Below are positions 9,972 to 17,232 of a DNA stretch of 44,699 nucleotides, one piece after another. The stretch lies in NCBI GenBank assembly GCA_016929755.1, contig JAFGIF010000146.1:1-44699 (forward strand), given 5' to 3'. The notes beneath the pieces are model-generated. The model had not been told where the DNA came from and did not search any database. It worked only from the letters and a program-made list of their open reading frames with translations. The translations under genes and the position numbers were made by a program. Each line of letters starts with the position of its first letter. The stretch's first letter is position 1. The stretch comes from Deltaproteobacteria bacterium. GTDB taxonomy: Bacteria > Desulfobacterota > Desulfomonilia > UBA1062.

Positions 9972-10445
9972 CTATTCTTCCCACATTCCCAAACCCTTGG
10001 CCCTGGCCTGCTTCTCGTAGGTGATAAAAAGCTCCTTGAAAGGGAAATCATAATAACGGTAGGCCCTGGCCCAGCCATCCTTGATTATACGCCCGTTTAT
10101 CAGGGTGTCATCGAGATAAATAAATGCCAGGGTTCGGCCATATTTATCATATGGCTGTTCACCAACCACAATTCTCACTTTTTTCCCCAAGAGCATCTTT
10201 GTCAGGTAGCTTTTACTCTCGACCCCATAAGACTCGGCTTGCCTGTAAGGCGATTCTACTTCAGGTGCATCAACCCCTATCAGACGGATTTTCGTGCCAT
10301 CTCGGATCTCTATCGTATCCGCATCATAGACCTTGACCACCTCTTGTAGATCAAGCGATCCGGCCGTATGAAACAGGCCTATCACGACGATGACGATAAT
10401 CGCGATGAGCGGCCAGCGGATATATTTTTTCGTCAATCCCATCAC
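9972..10445 (-). CDS. Thermonuclease (SNase-like) with N-terminal membrane anchor or signal
   Basis: VYDADTI, KIRLIGVDAPE, DKYGRTLAF and ARAKGLGMW. Confidence 0.9.
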   Translation of the reverse strand: MMGLTKKYIRWPLIAIIVIVVIGLFHTAGSLDLQEVVKVYDADTIEIRDGTKIRLIGVDAPEVESPYRQAESYGVESKSYLTKMLLGKKVRIVVGEQPYDKYGRTLAFIYLDDTLINGRIIKDGWARAYRYYDFPFKELFITYEKQARAKGLGMWEE

Positions 10446-11581
10446 CTCATATTTTCTTCGGACATAGCAAAAAGATCAAGGCCTTTCAGAACTGTATGAG
10501 CATATTGTTTATTATGGGTTACCGGCGCTGCATGCGTACCTGGCAAGAATTGAAGCGTGCACCGGGTTCCTGCCTGGAAGGCCCCGGGGAAATATTTGTG
10601 CCAGAATGCATTTACTTCGGCTGGCGCCGGTTGCAACAAATCAGCCACACCGCTCTGAGCAGGGTCCATGCAGGTGTCATCACGCGCGAAAACCACCACG
10701 ATATTTCTCAACCGTGAAAGAGGGAAGTTTTGATCATCACAGTACAGGGTGCAATCTTGGATATCTTTGCAGAGCCGGGAACACTTACCCGGCTGCAAAT
10801 GGACAAGGGCCGAAGGTACGGAACGGGCAAAATCGCCCACAATCCCCTTGGTGAGGCCCCAGCCTGATCGCAGAACATCTCCCGTATACCCGGTAAAACC
10901 AAGCTTTGATATTCTCAAGGATTCTCCGAGAAAATTAAGAAGCAATCCCGCCTCTGACCATCTCTCAAATCCGGCGGGACATACCTGGGCAAGACCCAGA
11001 GTTGCATCCGGATATGCGTAGCAGAAACGCCTAGCCAGAATCGCACCATGCGACCAGCCGACAGCGACAAGCTGGGTGCTGATCGAGCCAGGACCTTCTG
11101 ATATTTCTAAGCCTTGTATCTTGACTGATATATCACAAAGTGGAGCATAACCTTCAATGCGAATGCCGCTTTGGGCGAAAATATATCTGATCATTGCCAT
11201 CAGGACCACTTCCTTGCCCCGGTCCCCTCTCCAGTTCGGATCACTGCCATATGGAGTATCGCATACCGGCACAATAACGATTCCGGATTTGCTCTTAAGC
11301 GCCAGTTCGGATGAAAACTTATGGGCATCAGCGGGCCGTTGCCCATGCCCGCTGAAAAAAACGATCGCCGGACCATTCAGACCGCCACGGATTTCATCAG
11401 CGGTCAGTTCCTGTTCACTGCGGGTATCAGTGAAAACATAATATCCGTTAAGCCTCTCACAGTTGAAATTTATCGCAATTTTTCCGGTTAAAACCTTCTC
11501 GGGAACATGGCGCTGGGAAGCCTCTAAGCCGGTCACCACGAGTACGACCCCCAGAATACCCAAGGCAATACATTTGATCAT
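10442..11581 (-). CDS. Exported alpha/beta-hydrolase-fold protein
   Basis: Probable start is the ATG at 11581 (SD GGGAG), followed by signal peptide MIKCIALGILGVVLVVTGLEA. Nucleophile elbow GWSHG, with candidate Asp (ARDD) and His (GTH). Confidence 0.7.
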   Translation of the reverse strand: MIKCIALGILGVVLVVTGLEASQRHVPEKVLTGKIAINFNCERLNGYYVFTDTRSEQELTADEIRGGLNGPAIVFFSGHGQRPADAHKFSSELALKSKSGIVIVPVCDTPYGSDPNWRGDRGKEVVLMAMIRYIFAQSGIRIEGYAPLCDISVKIQGLEISEGPGSISTQLVAVGWSHGAILARRFCYAYPDATLGLAQVCPAGFERWSEAGLLLNFLGESLRISKLGFTGYTGDVLRSGWGLTKGIVGDFARSVPSALVHLQPGKCSRLCKDIQDCTLYCDDQNFPLSRLRNIVVVFARDDTCMDPAQSGVADLLQPAPAEVNAFWHKYFPGAFQAGTRCTLQFLPGTHAAPVTHNKQYAHTVLKGLDLFAMSEENMR

Positions 11582-11623
11582 GCTTATCTCCCTATAAATC
11601 ATCCATTCAAAAGTTAAAATTCG

Positions 11624-11653
11624 ATTATATCCAATCTGCCCGGGAGTTAACAA
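11624..11653 (-). promoter_or_regulatory. Putative sigma70 promoter of the hydrolase-nuclease pair
   Basis: Minus strand reads TTGTTA-N18-TATAAT, about 40 bp upstream of the ATG at 11581. Confidence 0.45.
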
Positions 11654-11770
11654 CCCTATTATTAGGGTTCAATCAGCTCCACTCTTGGATTCGATTTCAA
11701 ATCCGACGTGTGAGACACCGAGGGCCTACGTTGGTTTAAGGCATGAGGTGAACCAGGGTATATTATAATC

Positions 11771-11798
11771 AAAAAAGGGGGCAAACAACTCTGCCCCC
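11771..11798 (-). terminator. Intrinsic terminator after the thiolase-DUF35 operon
   Basis: 7-bp stem GGGGGCA/TGCCCCC with an 8-nt loop, followed by T6 on the minus strand. Confidence 0.75.
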
Positions 11799-11876
11799 AC
11801 AACTAAAATATTATTTCATATGCAAATCTTTTTTTCGCCTGATCAATTGTTATAGATTATCGGCTTAAACATTTTA

Positions 11877-12467
11877 TTAAAAGCCGAATCCTTCAGGCAG
11901 TTCACTTTCCGGTGTTCCGGCCGGCACCCACGAGAGATCAAGGATGGTGTAGGTCGGGCTCGATTTCTTGAAGATCGGCACCACTTTCATACCGATATCC
12001 GGCTCTCCGATAGAAAGATAACTCATCAGAATCGTTGCAACACCATCAAATTCAATGTTTATAAACTTAATGGGTTTATCAAGAATGGTGAATGCTCCGG
12101 ACCTGTTACAGACCATGAAGGTGTGAATCGTCGCGGTATTCTTGGCCAGATCGGTCATATCAATCACGGTATTCTTCCCGAGACATTCCATGCAATGAAT
12201 CCGGAAAGGCTGATAAATGGTCCCCCGGGATTCACAATCCGGATTATCACACCTGGTGGCCATCAACTTTCCCTGACATAACGATTTAAAGAAAACCGCC
12301 TCGCCGCCGTATGAGTGAATATAGGTCATATCGCGCGGATTGGTAACGCCCATAAGCTGCCAACTGTCATCAGCATTGCGTATAGGCTGATTCGGAGTCA
12401 AGTGATGGAAATCGCCCTTTATTTTATACTGATTATTTTTTACAAATACCTGCCCAAACATACTCAT
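11877..12467 (-). CDS. DUF35-family Zn-ribbon/OB-fold protein (thiolase partner)
   Basis: FFKSLCQGKLMATRCDNPDC...HCMEC Zn ribbon and the OB-fold tail IGMKVVPIF; lies directly downstream of the thiolase-like gene. Confidence 0.85.
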   Translation of the reverse strand: MSMFGQVFVKNNQYKIKGDFHHLTPNQPIRNADDSWQLMGVTNPRDMTYIHSYGGEAVFFKSLCQGKLMATRCDNPDCESRGTIYQPFRIHCMECLGKNTVIDMTDLAKNTATIHTFMVCNRSGAFTILDKPIKFINIEFDGVATILMSYLSIGEPDIGMKVVPIFKKSSPTYTILDLSWVPAGTPESELPEGFGF

Positions 12468-12485
12468 TATGCACCTCCTTCTCTC

Positions 12486-13922
12486 TTAAACATCCTGCTT
12501 GAGTAAATGATCCGGATCCATGAGAATTGTGGATGTGACATGGGATCCAACACCGGCATGCGAAATTGCCAGAGCCCTTTTGGCACCCTTGACCTGCAGA
12601 TCGGTCCAATCCGCGGGTTTTTCACGGTCGAAGCTCTTCCATCTTTTTTCATCACCATGGATTTCAGCCCACCGATTCCAGAGATGAGTCGCTATCTCAA
12701 AGACCTGCATAATTCCGGTTGCTCCAACCGCGTGCATGCATCCGATCAGACCGCCTGAAAGATTGGAGGGCAACCTTCCGCTTTGTCCGGTATGCGGATT
12801 GGTATGGTAACAGTCTCCTGATTCGACGAAGTCCCTACCCTCGCCATATGGCCTGAGGCCGATATCTTCATAGGTCTGTACGTCAGAAATGGTAAAGGCA
12901 TCGTGCAATTCAATTACATCCAGATCTTCCATGGGGTCGGTGATTCCGGCCATGCGGTAACCATACCAGCAAGCCATGCGGGCAGCCAGAAAACCGGTGA
13001 ATCCGGGATACCTGTCTCCGCCCGGGAATCTCTCTCCCAAATCCTTGTACAGATCTGCTGTTTCATTGGGCAGCAATGGAATTTCCATATCGCGCCGGTC
13101 GGCAGGCCGCAGGGTATGCGATCCGGCAGCCACCCAGACCCTCAGTGGTTTATTCTTTGTATTTCTGGTAAGCTTCATGGCAGTGGCTTCATCACAGATT
13201 ATGCAGCAGGCAGCCCCGACACTCATCAGGCAGCAGTCAAGGGCACGCAACGGGAAGGCAACTACGGGTGATTCCAGAACATCATCAACCGTTATATTCA
13301 TCGACCCGTGAGCATATGGGTTCATACGGGCATATCCACGGTGTTTGACGGCAATCTCGGCCAGTGTTTTCCGAAAAGAATCCTCTTCCTTGCCAAAAAC
13401 CTTCCAATACTTCTGGGCCATGACCGCATAATAACCGGTATAGATATGGCCCAACGGAGTCTCCCAGTCCTTGTCCGCGGCACACGAGATCAGGAAATTG
13501 CCTTCGTCGGTGGGCACCTCATCCATCCGCTCCCAACCCATGGCCAGGGCACAGTCCGAGTATCCCGAAGCGACCGCCTTGACAGCCTCCCAGATTGTCG
13601 ATCCACCGGTGGCCCCTCCTGTTTTGACACCGATGGTACCCAGCGGATCAAGACCTAGGCGGTCATGGATTACGGCCTCTCCAAGCAGCTGGTCGCCGAA
13701 ATGATCGGCAAAATGACCATAGTAAGCTGTGTGAATATAACTTTTCAACTCTGCCGGGGTCATATCGATCAACTCCGCCGCCTGGGTCAAGGCATCAATA
13801 CACAATTCTTCGGTCCGCTTGCCGGGAAATGCACGGTCGAACTTAGACTGTCCGGCCGTCACCAGATACACCGGTTTCATCATTTTCGGAATCTTGAGTT
13901 GTTCTTCACTGAATTTAATCAT
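12486..13922 (-). CDS. Thiolase-fold protein (SCP2/SCP-x-like), atypical active site
   Basis: AVKAVASG, ALAMGWERM, IELHDAF, YEDIGL and NLSGGLIGCMHAVGATG. Confidence 0.85.
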   Translation of the reverse strand: MIKFSEEQLKIPKMMKPVYLVTAGQSKFDRAFPGKRTEELCIDALTQAAELIDMTPAELKSYIHTAYYGHFADHFGDQLLGEAVIHDRLGLDPLGTIGVKTGGATGGSTIWEAVKAVASGYSDCALAMGWERMDEVPTDEGNFLISCAADKDWETPLGHIYTGYYAVMAQKYWKVFGKEEDSFRKTLAEIAVKHRGYARMNPYAHGSMNITVDDVLESPVVAFPLRALDCCLMSVGAACCIICDEATAMKLTRNTKNKPLRVWVAAGSHTLRPADRRDMEIPLLPNETADLYKDLGERFPGGDRYPGFTGFLAARMACWYGYRMAGITDPMEDLDVIELHDAFTISDVQTYEDIGLRPYGEGRDFVESGDCYHTNPHTGQSGRLPSNLSGGLIGCMHAVGATGIMQVFEIATHLWNRWAEIHGDEKRWKSFDREKPADWTDLQVKGAKRALAISHAGVGSHVTSTILMDPDHLLKQDV

Positions 13923-13974
13923 ACATCCACCTCTCTACATTAATTTTTTATAAAAAACATTTCACTGGCTTATT

Positions 13975-14517
13975 TTATAAGGTTCCCACCCAGAACACGA
14001 CTGCCGGTCCCCGCGATTTATTGCTGATCATCTGCTTATCAGGTAAAGACCAGTACTGAACCGAATCACCGGTTTGCAGGCTAAAAGTTTTTTCTCCATG
14101 TACAAGCTCCACAGTGCCTTTCAGAACGCACAAGGTTTCCTGGGAATTTTTGATATTCTTTCTGCCCGGTATTTGGCTACCCGGCCTGAGCACGATGATG
14201 GAGCTGTCAATGACCCTTCTGTTTTCCGGTGCAAAAAACCTACGGGTAACAAAACCCGTATGAGGAAGCTCCCAATCCGACCATTCCGATTTACGTATTA
14301 CTACCAGTTTTTCCTGGTTTTGAGCCTGTTTTATAACATCGCCGGCCTCGATCCCGATGGCATTGCATATATTCACCAGCTTCTCTACCGAAGGAGAATT
14401 GACATCGTTTTCAACCTGGGACAGAAATCCCTCCGAGATGCCGGCTTTTTCGGCAACAGCCTTCAAGGTGAGCTTACGACTTTTTCTCTCTTTTCTAAGA
14501 ACCGAACCCAAATTCAT
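13975..14517 (-). CDS. XRE-family HTH plus cupin transcriptional regulator
   Basis: LTLKAVAEKAGISEGFLSQVENDVNSPS HTH and the C-terminal cupin VLKGTVEL...LQTGDSV. Confidence 0.9.
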   Translation of the reverse strand: MNLGSVLRKERKSRKLTLKAVAEKAGISEGFLSQVENDVNSPSVEKLVNICNAIGIEAGDVIKQAQNQEKLVVIRKSEWSDWELPHTGFVTRRFFAPENRRVIDSSIIVLRPGSQIPGRKNIKNSQETLCVLKGTVELVHGEKTFSLQTGDSVQYWSLPDKQMISNKSRGPAVVFWVGTL

Positions 14518-14578
14518 AATTATCCAAATAAAGTTAATTTTTAGTATTAGTTAATTTGTATCATAATATAATTTTTTG

Positions 14579-14597
14579 TGTCAATTAATTATTGACA
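14579..14597. promoter_or_regulatory. Palindrome in the divergent regulator/dehydrogenase intergenic region (candidate operator or back-to-back -35 boxes)
   Basis: TGTCAAT-TAATT-ATTGACA. Confidence 0.5.
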
Positions 14598-14793
14598 TTT
14601 GTATATATTTTTGTTGATATGTGAATCAATCTTATATGTTGTTGTGAAATCATTCTATGTTTTATGGATTATATGGAGAAGATTATCGCTAGACATGTAA
14701 CACCAGCCATTAAATGGCCAGACGGTGGATGCCTGATAAAAATGGTGATGCAACCATAATTGAAATTCTATTAAATGAACAAAGGAGTTTATC

Positions 14794-15957
14794 ATGACAG
14801 AACTTACCAATGAGGAAAAATTGCTTGCTGAAACCATGTATAAGTGGGCGCTTAACGAAATTGCGCCAATTCAGGAAGAGATCGACGAACAAGACAAACT
14901 GCCTGCTGATTTCTTTACCAAACTGGGCCAATTGGGCATGCTGGGCATCACCATCGATGAAGAATACGGGGGCTCCGGACAGGGCATCATGATGCAGGCC
15001 CTGGCCGTCGAGCAGCTCAGCCGCATTTCACCTGCCCTGGGCATGACATACGGTGCCCATTCAAACTTATGCGCCAATAACATCCATAAAAACGGCAACA
15101 AAGCACAGAAGAGTACGTATCTGCCACCGATGTGCACCGGAGAACATATCGGAGCGCTGTGCCTGACCGAGCCCAATGCCGGGTCGGACGCTCTGGGCGG
15201 AATGTCGACCAGGGCCCGTAAAGACGGCAACCGCTACATCATGAACGGAACAAAGATGTTCATCACCAACGGTAGTGTTGCCGATACCCTGCTGGTTTAT
15301 GCCAAAACCGCCCCGGAGCTTGGAGCACATGGCATCAGTGCCTTTATCGTTGAATCTCGATGGCCCGGAGTTACGGTATCCAAAAAACTCAAAAAATGCG
15401 GCATGCGGGGATCGCCGACTTCGGAACTCAGCTTTGAAGACGTCGAGGTTCCTGCCGATAACCTGGTGTATGAAGAGAACATGGGTGTGCATGTGGTTAC
15501 TTCCGGCCTGGCCTATGAACGCATCGTACTGTCCGGTGGATCGCTGGGTATGGCTGAACAGGCCCTTGAATACTCCATTAAATATGCCAAGGAACGCGAG
15601 CAGTTCGGCAGACCCATCAAGGATTTCCAGATGATCCAGCAAAAACTGGCCGATATGTACTGCCAGACAGAGGCATCAAGAGGATTGGTGTATAAAGCTG
15701 CACGATTCGCCGACAGCCCACAGGGCAAACGCGGCGGCAAAGGAACAGAACTCGACAAACTTGCAGCCGCCGCCATTCTCTTTGCCGCCGAATCAGCCAC
15801 CAGGGTCTGTAGCGATGGTATCCAGATTCACGGCGGTTACGGGTACTGTCTCGAATATCCGATCCAGAAACTGTGGAGAGATGCCAAACTATATGAAATA
15901 GGAGCGGGAACTTCCGAAATTCGGCGTATGATCATCGCCCGGGAACTTTGTCGTTGA
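14794..15957 (+). CDS. Acyl-CoA dehydrogenase, isovaleryl-CoA dehydrogenase-like
   Basis: YGAHSNLC, LTEPNAGSD, NGTKMFITNG, GLAYER (IVD-type catalytic Glu position) and AKLYEIGAGTSEIRR. Confidence 0.88.
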   Translation: MTELTNEEKLLAETMYKWALNEIAPIQEEIDEQDKLPADFFTKLGQLGMLGITIDEEYGGSGQGIMMQALAVEQLSRISPALGMTYGAHSNLCANNIHKNGNKAQKSTYLPPMCTGEHIGALCLTEPNAGSDALGGMSTRARKDGNRYIMNGTKMFITNGSVADTLLVYAKTAPELGAHGISAFIVESRWPGVTVSKKLKKCGMRGSPTSELSFEDVEVPADNLVYEENMGVHVVTSGLAYERIVLSGGSLGMAEQALEYSIKYAKEREQFGRPIKDFQMIQQKLADMYCQTEASRGLVYKAARFADSPQGKRGGKGTELDKLAAAAILFAAESATRVCSDGIQIHGGYGYCLEYPIQKLWRDAKLYEIGAGTSEIRRMIIARELCR

Positions 15958-15963
15958 GGCTGA

Positions 15964-16656
15964 TTAATCCTTGCATAAGGTTCCCTTGTCAATATCTATG
16001 ATCGTATGGCCTCCGGGAAATGTCTTGGTGACATACTCCTGGAGGTTTTCTATTTTCCGAATAACATTGCTAATATTACGGGCCTCGCTCAGCACCTGCT
16101 GCGCCATTTCTCTGATCTTCTCATCCCGAGTTGTTTTCTGGATTTCATTAGCCTGGCCCATCAATACAGTCAATGGCTGAGAAACCTCATGCGCGGTGGT
16201 GCTTGCCATCTGGGTAATAATTTCAAGTTGCTTGATTTTTTCCTGTTTTTCGATCAGTCCCAGAAAATCAAAGGCCTTTTTAACAGTCAACGTTAAAAGA
16301 TCCGGACTGAAAGGCTTGATTACATAGTCATAGGCACCGAGTCTGAGGGCCTCGATCGCATTGTCGATAGTGACATACCCGGTGATTACAACGACCAGAC
16401 TTTGCAGTTTGCGTTTATGGATATAATCAATGATTCCAAATCCATCAATATCAGGCATTCTCAAATCCGTAATCACAACCGGAAAGAACTCCTCTGTCAG
16501 AATGCGGATCCCCTTCTCGCCGCCGATAGCCTTGACAACATCGATGCCTTGTTCAGCTAGAATATCCTCCACCAGGCAGCAAACACCTTCATCATCATCT
16601 ATGACCAGGACTTTCTTGAGTTTAGTGTATTGCATGTTGAAAAGCATATTGATCAC
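15964..16656 (-). CDS. Response regulator: receiver domain plus HisKA-like H-box, no ATPase domain
   Basis: VLVIDDD, TDLRMP, ITGY and YVIKPF, then TTAHEVSQPL, then a stop about 70 aa later. Confidence 0.8.
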   Translation of the reverse strand: MINMLFNMQYTKLKKVLVIDDDEGVCCLVEDILAEQGIDVVKAIGGEKGIRILTEEFFPVVITDLRMPDIDGFGIIDYIHKRKLQSLVVVITGYVTIDNAIEALRLGAYDYVIKPFSPDLLTLTVKKAFDFLGLIEKQEKIKQLEIITQMASTTAHEVSQPLTVLMGQANEIQKTTRDEKIREMAQQVLSEARNISNVIRKIENLQEYVTKTFPGGHTIIDIDKGTLCKD

Positions 16657-16774
16657 TAATAATTGAGTAAAGACAGATAATCAAGAACAAGAATACTTAT
16701 CAACCTATCTACAATATATTTTTAAATGGACTAGATATCGGGAACGACCCGTCAATCAATACCGTCCAAGAGGG

Positions 16775-16963
16775 CTAATTATCATTCTTAGTCAGACTCA
16801 TATTGCCCAGATAGGTGTGAACCAGAGCTACCATGGGTGTTAGGATTGGATCATAGTTGTCTTTGTATTTTACCACGAAGCGTTCGCCTGCAAAATATAT
16901 TACCACCGGCCTGACATCATCCCACTTTTCAATGCCTGTCTGTCTAAATTCATTCATCGTCAT
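16775..16963 (-). CDS. Small hypothetical protein (about 62 aa)
   Basis: 3' part of ORF 16775..17197, starting MTMNEFRQ, with a sigma28-like promoter directly upstream. Confidence 0.5.
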   Translation of the reverse strand: MTMNEFRQTGIEKWDDVRPVVIYFAGERFVVKYKDNYDPILTPMVALVHTYLGNMSLTKNDN

Positions 16964-16996
16964 CGCTGTAACCTGCTTTAATTTATCTAAAGTATT

Positions 16997-17023
16997 ATAT
17001 CGGCTGTTTTGCAAATCTCTTAA
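16997..17023 (-). promoter_or_regulatory. Putative sigma28 promoter
   Basis: Minus strand reads TTAA-N15-GCCGATAT, 33 bp upstream of the ATG at 16963. Confidence 0.55.
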
Positions 17024-17232
17024 ATTACAAAAGACAAATAAAATTGTAATACCGAATGGTCCTTTAAGAAATATTACAAAACATACCGGAGGCTTATGAT
17101 GCATGAGAGTGATACAACAAGCGATCATCTGAAATCTAATACAATTGACCAAGGCACTCAGATTATGTCTGCTTGCTGATAACGAGTATGAAACCACAAT
17201 TCAGGATTTACACTCACTTCCTCAAGCGTCGC

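Noticed and set aside
11686-11706. GATTTCAAATCC, resembling a tRNA-Sec anticodon arm
   Set aside because: No T-arm (GTTCGA/TCC), acceptor stem or CCA at the right spacing.
16964-17197. N-terminal 78 codons of ORF 16775..17197
   Set aside because: AT-rich, promoter-like sequence containing the sigma28-like site, so the real start is probably 16963.
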